A stretch of DNA of 64,000 nt, from NCBI GenBank assembly GCA_000004985.1, contig GG738849.1. One strand, 5' to 3'. The position numbers were made by a program, and so were the translations under genes. Below, piece after piece: positions 21,040-31,657 of this stretch (positions are counted from its first letter, which is position 1; every line of letters begins with the position of its first letter). Below the pieces are notes generated by a model. The model saw only the letters and a list, made by a program, of their open reading frames with translations. It made no database searches and was not told the DNA's origin. Source of the stretch: Naegleria gruberi. Lineage: Eukaryota.

Positions 21040-22501
21040 ATGTCTTTCAGAGAATTAAGGAGTATGTATTTTATATAGGAGGTGACAATTAATATATATA
21101 CTGATGATGAGTATAGACTTTACCGAGATCATGAGGTCTCTTGGTTATTCGAGAAAGATTTCTGTTGAAAATTTTAGAACACCAAACTATTTGTTAGTCT
21201 CCGAAATTTTGTATTGGCTAGTTCAGAGGTAAGCACTATTTCTTGAAACGTTACTGAATGCAACTCATGTTGACCAATTATAGATACGATCCAAACGTTG
21301 ATATTGTGGAAGGAACAGATACTGTTGAGGAAAGATTAACTTTTTTAAAATCTATTTGTGAAGTTGTAGTATGTTTATTGATTTTGGACTATTTTATTGA
21401 ACATGAAATAATTGTGCTTAGTATTATAAAGCTAGAGTGAAATTAAATATAAAGAGGCTGTATCAAGCAGACGGGTATGCCGTTAAGGAACTGCTCAAAC
21501 TTGCCAAGCTTTTAAATGATGCTACAATTCTTGCTAAATCTGTGGAGGAAAGTGACGATTATGAAACAGCATCTCTCCAACAATTAAATAGCTCCAAGTT
21601 TCAATTAAACGTGAAACAAATCAGAAGCATTGCTACCGAGTTAACTGAACTGGGAGCTGAATTGCACGAACTTTTAGGAAAGGAACTTGAGTTGAAACAA
21701 GAAAGATTGGAAGCAATTTCATTCCCTCACAATATTGAAACAATTAAGGAACATATTGAAAAGAAGAATATTGAAGCCATTGACATGATTTCTGAATTAC
21801 AAAAAAGTATCAATGATCTTAAAAAGGATGAAGACAGTCTCAAAGATAAAAAGAAGAGAAAGGAAACCGAGTTGGAGAGAGCAAAGAAGAGATTGTCTCG
21901 AGTTTCAAACTTCAGACCTGCATTTATGGATGAATATGAACAAAAGGAAACAGATCTCCAAGAATTGTACAGAAAATACGTTGAAAAATATAGAAATATT
22001 GAATATTTGGAGCACGAATTGGAGAAACATAGAAAGGCTGAAGCCGAAATAATTGAGGAAAATAAGCGACGACTCAAATTACTGAGAAAGAAATTGAGAG
22101 CTGATGAAATCAAATATCTCAGCGGTGAAAATCAAGCCACTTATGGTGATGGAGAGGATGATGACGACGACGATGATGATGACGAAGACGATGAGGAAGG
22201 TGATGGAGAGGATGACGATGATGAATCATCAGAAGAAGAACAAGACGAAAGAGAAGTAAAGAGTAGTGCAAGGCCAAGAGCTGCCAGTGGAAGAAGACCA
22301 GAAGGTAGAACAACCACAACAGCTACTGCCAGTAAACCAAATTTAAACGTAGCTCCTTCGAATCAAAAACCACAGATAGCCTCAAGAGAAACACCTGATG
22401 GATATGATTCAGATGAATATGGAGAATCAGAAGAGGAGAGTTCAAATGAAGATAACGAAGAAGAAATGGTTATGGACTCTGAAAATGATGACTCATTCTA
22501 A
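21040..22501 (+). CDS. CLUAP1: intraflagellar transport protein IFT38 / CLUAP1 (qilin), 4 exons
   Basis: join(21040..21061,21117..21228,21284..21368,21431..22501). Introns are GTATGT…TATAG (55 nt), GTAAGC…TATAG (55 nt) and GTATGT…AAAG (62 nt), with consistent phases. Spliced N-terminus '[51 protein letters not shown]…[25 protein letters not shown]' matches CLUAP1 almost residue for residue. Acidic poly-D/E C-terminus. Confidence 0.85.
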
Positions 22502-22503
22502 AT

Positions 22504-22924
22504 TTATTCATAAAATAAACCAAATACCATTGCAACACAAGTTAAAGAGCTCTGTAAAGTTGTGTGTAAATAACAATATTTAAAAAAACATACATTTCTA
22601 AAAAATCCAGAAGCATAATTATCTGTCGAAGGATCCCATAAAAACCTAGAGGCAACTCTAATACCTTGGCCAGTTGAGCTAGTAATGACCACTTGAACAA
22701 TAAATTTATATCTTGGGTATCCACTCTTTTTCAAAAGATCCAAAATTTTAGTACTCAATTCCTTAGATCTAGTCACACTGTGATTAGCATCATATTCCTC
22801 ATTTTCCAATTCGGTTTTTAAGAAATCTGAAATCTTTTCCTCAACATCCAATTTTACAAACCTAAATAATTTAATTATTCATCTTATCGGAATCAACTTA
22901 CTTTTGACCTTCTTTTGGTTTCAT
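22504..22924 (-). CDS. dynein light chain Tctex-type (DYNLT/Tctex1 family), 3 exons
   Basis: complement(join(22504..22551,22594..22861,22902..22924)). Exon 1 'MKPKEGQK' has a GTAAGT donor; the internal exon is the track ORF. The last intron (22552..22593) is 42 nt, GTATGT…TTTACAG, in-frame and stop-free. C-terminus '…RFLWDPSTDNYASGFFRN|SSLTCVAMVFGLFYE' fits Tctex1. Confidence 0.8.
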
Positions 22925-23147
22925 GTGGAACGACTGGACGGGATGAGCATTAAGAATAAAACACTTACGTTTGGAAAGATTTCCTCTTGTATACCATTTT
23001 CTGTATGGGTTTGGATATGAATGCTGTCCATCTTGATTTATTTACAGGGTGCTATGTATTCTCAATTTTTTTAATTTGTTTGCCGCCAAAATTGTTACTG
23101 ATACGTACAACAACAAAAAACAGTCCAAAGTTGTATTTTTATTGTAT

Positions 23148-24143
23148 TTACATGAATTTAGGATTGATATATCGTCCATATCGATTATCTTCTGAGAAAC
23201 TACTCGGTGAGGGTGAACTATTATTGTAAGTGTCCATTTCAGAAATTGGTTTGAATGAGGATGAAGAAGGAGCATTCCTATCATAATAATGTCTGCTACT
23301 TTCCGTTTGAAATCTGACACCATTAGTGGAGTATTCTGATGGAGGAAAATGTCCTCGAGGTGGAGGTGGATAATGTTTGTATTGATGAGATTGTTGTTGA
23401 TCGTGGTAGTATGTAGGTGATTGAGGACCAACTGGTTTAAATGATGAGCTACCACTATACGAGTAAGGATCTCTTCTAGAAGATGGTGGTACTTGGTATG
23501 AATCTTGGTGGTGATATTGACCTCTCGATCCTTGTTGGTCAAACATTGGAGGATAAGGTGAAGAAACTGGCTTGTAAATAGGTTGTTGATAAGGTGGAAT
23601 TTGAGGGCTACCGTATCTTGCGTTTCTCGAATTATCAGGAGCAAGAAGTATTCGTTTGGCTTGATTGAGTAATTCGTCTCTTCTTTGTGAACTTGTTGAT
23701 GCTTGATAGAGAGCTTCCGAGAGTGGAGGGAAAAACATATTATAGTCTGTTTGAGTCATGGCTGTTGATGTCTCTATCGGAGGTTGTTGATTTGAGGGTG
23801 ATGATGAATTTTCCTTCTTTTGTTTTTCCTCAACTTTTGATGAGATTACTTTTCCATTTTCCTTATCAATTGTAAGGGAAATATTTAAAAGTCCATCTCC
23901 ATCATTATTACTCTTCTTTGATTTCTTTTTTGATGATCGGGGAGTTTCGTCCTCTTCCTCTTCACTTTCCTCATCACTTCCTTCCTCCGAGCCTTCATCA
24001 CTATCTTCCTCTTCACTACCATCTTCCTCCTCACTACCCTCCTCACTATCATCGGATCCTTCATCATCGTCACTACCAGATTCCTCTTCTTCTGATTCTT
24101 CCTCTTCTGATTCATCAGATTCCTCTTCCTTCCTTCTTGGCAT
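23148..24143 (-). CDS. low-complexity protein: N-terminal poly-acidic (E/D/S) block then P/Q/Y/S-rich region; hypothetical
   Basis: Long ORF; the probable ATG is 'MPRRKEEESDESEEEE…' at ~24143. Composition-biased with no recognised domain, so it could be intrinsically disordered. Confidence 0.45.
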   Translation of the reverse strand: MPRRKEEESDESEEEESEEEESGSDDDEGSDDSEEGSEEEDGSEEEDSDEGSEEGSDEESEEEEDETPRSSKKKSKKSNNDGDGLLNISLTIDKENGKVISSKVEEKQKKENSSSPSNQQPPIETSTAMTQTDYNMFFPPLSEALYQASTSSQRRDELLNQAKRILLAPDNSRNARYGSPQIPPYQQPIYKPVSSPYPPMFDQQGSRGQYHHQDSYQVPPSSRRDPYSYSGSSSFKPVGPQSPTYYHDQQQSHQYKHYPPPPRGHFPPSEYSTNGVRFQTESSRHYYDRNAPSSSSFKPISEMDTYNNSSPSPSSFSEDNRYGRYINPKFM

Positions 24144-24266
24144 TTTTTTGTAGTTGAATTTTGGCGCCACCAATCCAAGTAATTCACAATATTTCCATAC
24201 AATGAATTCAAGACTGAATAATAATAATTGAAAATGTTGAGTTAAAATAATGATAAAATAAATAAT

Positions 24267-25136
24267 TTAATCTGTGAAAAACCCTTGTTTTGTAGTGACC
24301 TTTTCTTCCTTTTCCAATAACTTGTCCAATTCTTCCAAAAGTGTAGAACCAATCTTTCTAGCTGTTTGAAGCATTTTAGTCAATTCACTTGGATTAACAC
24401 CAGAATCTTTGCCACTCTTTTTAATTGAACAAATGTGGCCCTTCTTATTTACAGAAACAGTCATACGATTTGAAATACATTCTTCTTCTTCCAAGGATGG
24501 ATCAACAATGAATTTAGAACCAATCTTTCCCAAAGTAACAGAAATTGGTATATTACTACAATCAATTCTTGAATATTCATGTGGGTCATCACTCACTTCA
24601 AATTCTGTTTCTGTTGGGGAAATTTCCATAACCTCAATTTTAGGTATTCTAGTATTATAGAGAGCAGCTCTTGTAGCAATAGCAAGAGCATCGAATAAAT
24701 TACCAGCAGAATCTAACACAATACAATCTACATATAAAATCCAACATTGCTTTCCTTTCACTATACATAATTTAGTCCAATCCACAGCAAATGAATTTTT
24801 TAATTGATTTCTGAGAGTGGAAATTAATTCTGCATTGATTTCTTCAGCTCCTCTTCCTTCAAATTCATTATTTGCACTCGGAGAACATTCAACATGAACC
24901 TCTAATCTTCCTTGGTCAGGGAAATCTTGATCAACCTCTCCAATTTCAACTTTAACTCCAACAAGAACATCTGTATGATTAGCAAGTTTAACCCGAGCAC
25001 TTCCGTTTGTTTGCGAAACAATTCCTGTCTCTAAAGAAAAGTCTCTATAGTCCAATCGGGCTCTGCCGTCATTTCTCATATTTTGTTCCACACCATCAAT
25101 AATAAAATGTTTTTCTGTTTGCGATAATTTGAGCAT
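24267..25136 (-). CDS. exosome complex RNase PH-like subunit (Rrp42/Rrp45 family)
   Basis: RNase PH domain 1 signature '…RNDGRARLDYRDFSLETGIVSQTNGSARVKLANHTDVLVGVKVEIGEV…' and domain 2 '…WILYVDCIVLDSAGNLFDALAIATRAALYNTRIPK…'. Confidence 0.75.
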   Translation of the reverse strand: MLKLSQTEKHFIIDGVEQNMRNDGRARLDYRDFSLETGIVSQTNGSARVKLANHTDVLVGVKVEIGEVDQDFPDQGRLEVHVECSPSANNEFEGRGAEEINAELISTLRNQLKNSFAVDWTKLCIVKGKQCWILYVDCIVLDSAGNLFDALAIATRAALYNTRIPKIEVMEISPTETEFEVSDDPHEYSRIDCSNIPISVTLGKIGSKFIVDPSLEEEECISNRMTVSVNKKGHICSIKKSGKDSGVNPSELTKMLQTARKIGSTLLEELDKLLEKEEKVTTKQGFFTD

Positions 25137-25350
25137 TTTTTTTGAAGTTATTTGCCATCATGGAATTGTTGTGATGATGAATATTTCATTCACTATTATT
25201 CTTTAACATCACTATTTGATGATTATTATTAAATAATGAAGAATTATTCGCACATGTTCAACTTTTCAACATTTATTGCTTTTAAAGTGTTTTGAAGTTG
25301 ATACGATAAAAAAGAATGGTGAAGTCCAACAATACACCTCAACTAAATAA

Positions 25351-26922
25351 TTGAAAAAAATGAGCAGCAAACTTGACCTGAATTTATTAACCAAGAAGAG
25401 AAAGGTTGAAAAACCATCGTCGGCAGCAGCCAACTCACAAGATGGAGAAAGGAAGAAACAATTATTACAAAAACTTGCACAAAAATATAACAAGAAAGAT
25501 ATAGATCCGGAGAATGATACTGAATTTGAAGATCAAGATGAAAAAGCTAAAATGGATTATGATGATGATTTTGAGGATGGAAATAGAGTATCAATGTTAC
25601 GTTCTCTTGATGAATCACTCACAAAAGGAGCTTATAAGGGTCATACTATTAGAAAGGAAGATTTGTTTGATGATGTAGATGATATGAGTGCACTCAAAGA
25701 TGAAGATTATTTGGCAGAAATTAAGAGACTTAAACAAATTGATTCCGATGAGGAGGAAGGTGACGATGATGAAGTGGATGAGGAAGATGAAATCATGGGA
25801 CAAATCAAGGATATTGTTGAAGAAGATTTATATGATTCCACTGATTTGGAAACTTTAAAGAAAACTCAACAATTAGAAAAACAAAAAGCAAAGAGTGTAT
25901 TGAACCAAAAGTTAATTTACGACCACTTGTTAAAGTTGAGAATTTTACTTCAAAAACCACTTTCGAATTGTAATAGATTGCCTCAAAATGAAATGTTTTG
26001 GGATTTTGTTGAAATGACCGACGATATTTTACCAAAGGAAGATAAACCTCAAGCTGTAGAAAAACAAGATGGTGAAACACCATCTGAACCAGAAAATATT
26101 CCAACACGTCTTGCAGAATTGAGAAAGGATACATTCCATCTTATTGCAGATATGCTTTCACTGCAATCTTCTCTTTTCAAGAAGGGAATGGTTGAAGAGA
26201 AGGAAATTGATGGTCATTATCTTCAAAATGTTGTCAGCTCTGAAGAAGGTGACTTGACAGAAAAAGTTTGGAAAGTTTTGGATGAATCATACAAGAGCTA
26301 TGAAACCTTTAGAAATGAATCTGTTGATAGATGGGCAACCAAAACAAAGATTCAATCAAGTGTGAGTGGAGGTTCAAAACTCAATCTTAGAAATATCAAT
26401 GCTGGTGTAATTGACCAAGTGCGTAACGTTCTCAAAAACGAAAAGGAAAGGAAAAAATTAATTGGAAGAACTCAAGTTAAACAATTTGAACCTTCCATTC
26501 TAGGTAAACGAGAAAGAGATACAAAAGTTGATGAAAATGGATTTGAATTTGATACTGAGATTTACGATGATAAGGACTTTTATCAAGTTTTACTTAAGGA
26601 TTTAATTTCAGAAGTTGGTTCTGGAACTGAAGTTTCATTCAGAAAGGCCATAACAAAGAAGAATACTAAAGGTAAATATGATGGTAAGACAAAGGGAAAA
26701 GCTATCAAATATACAGTCCACAATGAATTGGTCAACTTTATGGCTCCAAATTTCGATAATGAAATACCTGAATCAGCACAAACACTTTTTGGTAACTTAT
26801 TTGGTGGAGATACTGTTGAATTTGAGGAGGAAGAGGAAGAAGTTGATGATGCCACTACCACTCTTACTGAAGATCAAGATGAAGACAATGAATCTTCCTC
26901 TGCTTCATCAGATGAGGAATAA
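25351..26922 (+). CDS. AATF/Che-1 (yeast Bfr2) family protein with TRAUB domain
   Basis: Acidic N-terminus with the AATF-N-like block '…LIYDHLLKLRILLQKPL…'. C-terminal TRAUB-like '…FDTEIYDDKDFYQVLLKDLISEVGSG…'. Confidence 0.7.
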   Translation: MKKMSSKLDLNLLTKKRKVEKPSSAAANSQDGERKKQLLQKLAQKYNKKDIDPENDTEFEDQDEKAKMDYDDDFEDGNRVSMLRSLDESLTKGAYKGHTIRKEDLFDDVDDMSALKDEDYLAEIKRLKQIDSDEEEGDDDEVDEEDEIMGQIKDIVEEDLYDSTDLETLKKTQQLEKQKAKSVLNQKLIYDHLLKLRILLQKPLSNCNRLPQNEMFWDFVEMTDDILPKEDKPQAVEKQDGETPSEPENIPTRLAELRKDTFHLIADMLSLQSSLFKKGMVEEKEIDGHYLQNVVSSEEGDLTEKVWKVLDESYKSYETFRNESVDRWATKTKIQSSVSGGSKLNLRNINAGVIDQVRNVLKNEKERKKLIGRTQVKQFEPSILGKRERDTKVDENGFEFDTEIYDDKDFYQVLLKDLISEVGSGTEVSFRKAITKKNTKGKYDGKTKGKAIKYTVHNELVNFMAPNFDNEIPESAQTLFGNLFGGDTVEFEEEEEEVDDATTTLTEDQDEDNESSSASSDEE

Positions 26923-27432
26923 ATCTCTTTTATTTATTAACAAATCTCTTTCAATTAGACTTCATGACTATCAAACAATCAAATACCATTTACTTTGATA
27001 AGTTTGATTCAGTAATGGTCAATCCAATGTCCAAATACTTTCTCTAATTCCTTACTCAAATCTTGTCAATTTTCTTGTCAAAATATTACCAAACTACAAG
27101 ACAGTAACTTTAATAAAGGAGATTTAATTATTTATTAGTTTGAATGACCATCTTTGAAACAACACGGTAATTAACATTGAATTCACTTAAGGAAGTACAA
27201 TAACCGTTTTATCAAAAAGGACGTAATATTAAATTTAAACTATTTAAAAATAGATTAAAAAAATACAAGCAAACAACAAGTAATTGGCGCCTTTACTTTG
27301 AAAATAGGCAGTTGATTGTAGACTAGACATCAAAAAAACATCATCACACACAACTACCACCTCTCGGATAGTTTTTGTATTAAAGAGAAGAGGAATTTTT
27401 GATAGGATTTGTAAATATATTGTCATCTTTGA

Positions 27433-28304
27433 ATGAATCTTCTATCACACGACATACAGGAGCTGAATATACAGCTTCCTTTGGTTTCACCATCACACAC
27501 CAATTATCATTCTAAAAAACACTCCTTTAATGAACAATCTACCATCATCAAGGACTGTATTAAATCACTCTTGTACACAATCACGTTCCATAGGGCTCTA
27601 GGAGAAGTGCCTCCAATTGGAATGGATTGTGAGGTTCTGGATGGTATCAGCTTTGTAAGTATTATTATTATATCATCTCGAATATTAATGATCTTTTATT
27701 AGCCAAGTAATTAAACCAACTGATATTACAACAATCACAAGATATTACAGCAAAATTTCAAAATTATTTACGTGAGGAAATGAAGCTCGGAGAAAACTTC
27801 TTTATCAAACCAAACTTGAAACAACCAGCACAAAAAACTGCAACTATAATTAAATTAGACGAGAGCATATTATCGAGAAGATTCTTAATTGAAATCAAGT
27901 ATTATACAGTGAAGGTTTCGGCTTCATTTTCTATTTTTGGAGGAAAGCGAGAGGAAAGAGTTTACTTTGAAACTTGGAGAATACCTATCAAAATTCATTG
28001 GAATACACAGTGGAATCATTTATTTGAAGGAATGCCTCTAGTTAAAGTTGAAAATACATCCGAAGATAATATATCAAACAAACTGGGAAAAGAAACCCCT
28101 CCTGATTCCACAAAATTACAAGAAGACCTCAGGAAGAGATTGGTGAAGATTATCAAATCAGCACACGAAGACGTTCCACATTTACCTAACGTCTCTGACA
28201 ATCTCACCTTTTTAAATGGAAAGAGTTTCTCATTTGAAGTTGAGGTAAAGAGTGACACTAAGGATGATTCCAAGAAGCCATCAGGGTGGTTTTCAATTTG
28301 GTAA
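27433..28304 (+). CDS. hypothetical protein, probably 2 exons; weak resemblance to HORMA-domain Atg101
   Basis: Track ORFs 27433..27702 and 27780..28304 are on the same strand. GTAAGT follows '…DGISF' at ~27655, but no phase-consistent acceptor was found by hand. 'LLYTITFHRALGEV…DCEVLDGISFV' loosely parallels Atg101 '…LHTVLLHRSTG…DCDFIDFTYV'. Assignment is tentative. Confidence 0.35.
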
Positions 28305-28482
28305 GCTACTGGACAAATTATTATTCGTGTACATATATAAATTTTGAATTTTTGCTTTTTAACAATCACGTTTCATGTTATTTTATTCCTCATACCTACT
28401 GAAACTACTATTTAATGTGATTATTATTTGAAAGTGAATGAATGTCCCCTTCCTAAAATCTCTTTACATTTGACTCAATTTA

Positions 28483-30504
28483 TTATTGGAAAGATCTTCT
28501 AATTCTATTTTGGAGAGCCTTTCTTTCATTCTCTTCTATTTCTTCTTTCTGTACCAAATTTTCGTATTGAATCAAATCTAAATATCTGAAACCTCTTAAA
28601 ATAAAATTGGAAGAATTCTTTACCTCCCATTCTGATACAACCTTACTAACATCAGTGTTCAACTTTTTCAACAATGAAGTAAGCTCTGAAAACTCTGAAA
28701 CTGGTGGCTTTTCCATTTGTTTCAAAGAATCCAATCTCATTTTGGTTTGTTCTCTTTCCCCAATAAGTTTATAGATCGACCCATTTTGTTGTACCATACC
28801 GCTCAGACGATTGTATTCATTGATGAATGCTCCAGAAATATTAGCAATGTACTCTTCGTTCATAACCCATCTACTATCTGATTTTTTACCTGCTTGACTG
28901 ATTGGTTTGAGAACGTGTTCATCCATAAACCTTTCTCTATCAGTGAAAGCAATATTTAAATTGTTCCACATTTGATAGGTATGGAGAACGATATTTCTCA
29001 ATCTCTCACAAGAACTGGTTCCTTTCATTTTGGAATTGAAATAGATTTCCAACAATTCTTGTTGATTTGTGAACTTTTCTTCCTTTTCCTTTTCTTCCTT
29101 CTTCCATTGTTGTACTCTTTCCTTAAGAGACAATTGTGGAGGATTAGATTTCTTCTTTGAAGCTTCCTTCTTTGTATTGTTGTTAGTGTTGGTGGTTTTT
29201 TTTACATTCGGTTTGGCAGGTTCAGTCTTCTTGTCAGATTTGAGATTTAATTGTTGAAGGATTGTTGTGTATTGGTAAATTCCCTTCACTTCCTTATAGT
29301 CCTTCTTTTTCTTTGCTTCAACAGATTCAGTGTTGACTATTGGTTTAGATTCAACTTCCTCTCTGAGTGGTGAGGCCAATTCTCTTTCAAAGTAATTATC
29401 CCCTGATAAGGATAGAGGTGGGCGAACTGGATCAACCATCACATTTTCCTCATTGTAGGTAAATTGATGATGTTGAGATTGAGGTTGAAGTGAAACTGAT
29501 TGAGGAAGTGACATTGCATTATTGAATGGATATTGTTGCATTGTTGGTGGATAGAATGGATTATTAATTTGAAAATCCATTGAGGATGCAGGAACTGGCA
29601 TGAATTGATTTGGTAATTGATTGAATGGTGGTTGATTTTGATACGATTGTGGAATCATCGTTGGTGGCATAAATTGATTATTTGTGAACATGTTATGCAT
29701 ATTTGGAGCTCCATATAGATTATTATTGAAGGAAGGTAATTGATTTGTTTCCTCATAGTGTGACGTTCCTTCATTGGTTTCTTCATCATCCTCTTCATTA
29801 TCTTCATAGTGTGGAGGTTGAACCTCTTGGTGATAGTATTCATATTGATTAGTATTATTTACATTCTCTTCATCCTCATCATCAACACTGTTATCGGTTG
29901 ATGGTTGTCTTGTTGGTTCCTTAATTTGAATGGCTGGCGTTTCTTGAAGCCATTGCATTTCTCTGGCTTGTTTGATGAGTTCTTGGGCTAATTCATCAGC
30001 AGAGGTCTCCTTTGAAGAGGCTAAGGATTTTAACCTATTTTCGAGTGCTTCACACTTGGCTTCGAGTTCTCTCTTTTCAAATCGTTCCTTCTCCAACTCT
30101 TTTTCATTCTTTAGAAACTGTTCCTTGATGATTTGTAATTCTTGTTGATATTCGGATTTCATTTGTTCCAATCTCTTCTCGACTTCTCTCTTGATTTCAT
30201 CCTTGATTCTTTCAAGCTTTTGATTAATAAGTTGAATATCAATGGTTGGATGCATCTGAAGTCGTTTAGAGTCCTTCACTTGTGGAGTCTCTAGGATGGA
30301 ATTATTTTCATCAAAATATTCGGATTGTGATGAGTTGGGTGGTTCATTGGAAATGTCCCTTAATGGTGTTCTGTATGGAGAGTCTTTTCCTGGTGTGCTG
30401 ACAACCTCTGAATCCTCATCCCCGAACATGTATCTATTAAACATTTTTTTTAAAATGATAACGTTCATCTTTTCAAAAAACAGCCTTAATGGCGGGAGCT
30501 TCAA
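28483..30504 (-). CDS. coiled-coil protein with central Q/P/N-rich low-complexity region and a conserved-looking C-terminal domain; hypothetical
   Basis: 673-aa ORF. Heptad-rich region (…KERFEKRELEAKCEALENRLKSL…), a proline/glutamine linker, and a C-terminal ~200-aa block (…FTDRERFMDEHVLKPISQAGKKSDSRW…) of unknown identity. MAP65/PRC1-like is possible but not established. Confidence 0.55.
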   Translation of the reverse strand: MKLPPLRLFFEKMNVIILKKMFNRYMFGDEDSEVVSTPGKDSPYRTPLRDISNEPPNSSQSEYFDENNSILETPQVKDSKRLQMHPTIDIQLINQKLERIKDEIKREVEKRLEQMKSEYQQELQIIKEQFLKNEKELEKERFEKRELEAKCEALENRLKSLASSKETSADELAQELIKQAREMQWLQETPAIQIKEPTRQPSTDNSVDDEDEENVNNTNQYEYYHQEVQPPHYEDNEEDDEETNEGTSHYEETNQLPSFNNNLYGAPNMHNMFTNNQFMPPTMIPQSYQNQPPFNQLPNQFMPVPASSMDFQINNPFYPPTMQQYPFNNAMSLPQSVSLQPQSQHHQFTYNEENVMVDPVRPPLSLSGDNYFERELASPLREEVESKPIVNTESVEAKKKKDYKEVKGIYQYTTILQQLNLKSDKKTEPAKPNVKKTTNTNNNTKKEASKKKSNPPQLSLKERVQQWKKEEKEKEEKFTNQQELLEIYFNSKMKGTSSCERLRNIVLHTYQMWNNLNIAFTDRERFMDEHVLKPISQAGKKSDSRWVMNEEYIANISGAFINEYNRLSGMVQQNGSIYKLIGEREQTKMRLDSLKQMEKPPVSEFSELTSLLKKLNTDVSKVVSEWEVKNSSNFILRGFRYLDLIQYENLVQKEEIEENERKALQNRIRRSFQ

Positions 30505-30586
30505 GTAACGACTGACTGAATAAATCCGTAAAACACTGTATACACATTATGAAATGGAAGAATTTGAAGGGAAATCAGGAATTTCT

Positions 30587-31606
30587 TTAATTCATCAAAC
30601 TGGTTATCCATAAGAGAGGATGGGAAGTTTCAATTGTGACCTTATCACCAAGCATGTTATTACTCGTACTCACTAAACCTCCAAACTCTAAACGATCTCC
30701 ATTCAAATTCCATTCCAATCCTGTTGTGGTTACCTTTTCGCATGGAATACCCAAAGGAATGAGTGCACATGTTGTCTTTTCCCATTTGGCATTTCTGTGA
30801 ATTTCATGTTTTCCCGGAACCAGAACATGAATCAAACTGTATGGTGTTATCATGATGAATTGAAAATTGTGATTCAATTCAGAAGTTTTCAACATGGCTT
30901 CAATATATAAAGTATTAAGGTCACACATTTCTTGATCCAATCTACCACCTCCTCCAATTATGAAAATTCTATGAAATGTTGTATCTTTGGAGTTTGATTC
31001 TTTAATCAAGTCATTGATAATTTCCTCCTTCATTGTTCTGACACATTTTTGTAAATCATTTGAATCTTGTTCTGTAATTTTGATAATGTTGGTGCCTTGC
31101 TTTTCATAGAAGTTTCCAATATTTTTATCAAGAGAATCCAAATCTCCACAAATCACATTCGGTATTAAAACATTTTCCTGGTGATTCATGGCACTGACAT
31201 AGGTATATAAACGATTTGCACCTCCATCAGCACAATATTTAAATTCACACGAATTCCACAAATCCACAAACAAATCCTTTGGAAAATTATCAATTGTAAA
31301 ATAGGGAGTGTTTGAAACGATTAAATAATTATTGTGCCTAGATGTTGATGGCTGTTGTTTATCATCACCAAGAGAAAAGTGAAAAATATTATTGATATTA
31401 GAATTTGAGAATTTTGTTGTTTGATGATTTAAAAGAGCTTCCTGTTGTTGATGATGATAAATATGGCATTTGTTTAATTGACGAGAAAAACCTCTCTCGG
31501 AATTAATCACCACTTTCCGAAGCGCTAAAAACTTTCCCCTACTGCTACACATCCTTTGGACTGAACGTATTGTTTGTTGCATTTTTTTTAAGTTGGCTTT
31601 GGTCAA
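30587..31606 (-). CDS. TPK1: thiamine pyrophosphokinase (TPK1)
   Basis: '…FKYCADGGANRLY…' and the C-terminal '…GLIPLGIPCEKVTTTGLEWNLNGDRLEFGGLVSTSN…HPLLW' are collinear with TPK1. N-terminal ~120-aa extension. Confidence 0.9.
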   Translation of the reverse strand: MTKANLKKMQQTIRSVQRMCSSRGKFLALRKVVINSERGFSRQLNKCHIYHHQQQEALLNHQTTKFSNSNINNIFHFSLGDDKQQPSTSRHNNYLIVSNTPYFTIDNFPKDLFVDLWNSCEFKYCADGGANRLYTYVSAMNHQENVLIPNVICGDLDSLDKNIGNFYEKQGTNIIKITEQDSNDLQKCVRTMKEEIINDLIKESNSKDTTFHRIFIIGGGGRLDQEMCDLNTLYIEAMLKTSELNHNFQFIMITPYSLIHVLVPGKHEIHRNAKWEKTTCALIPLGIPCEKVTTTGLEWNLNGDRLEFGGLVSTSNNMLGDKVTIETSHPLLWITSLMN

Positions 31607-31657
31607 TCAATTACGATTCAACTAAAGGAAAGAGATTTGATTAAAATTTACAGAAAT

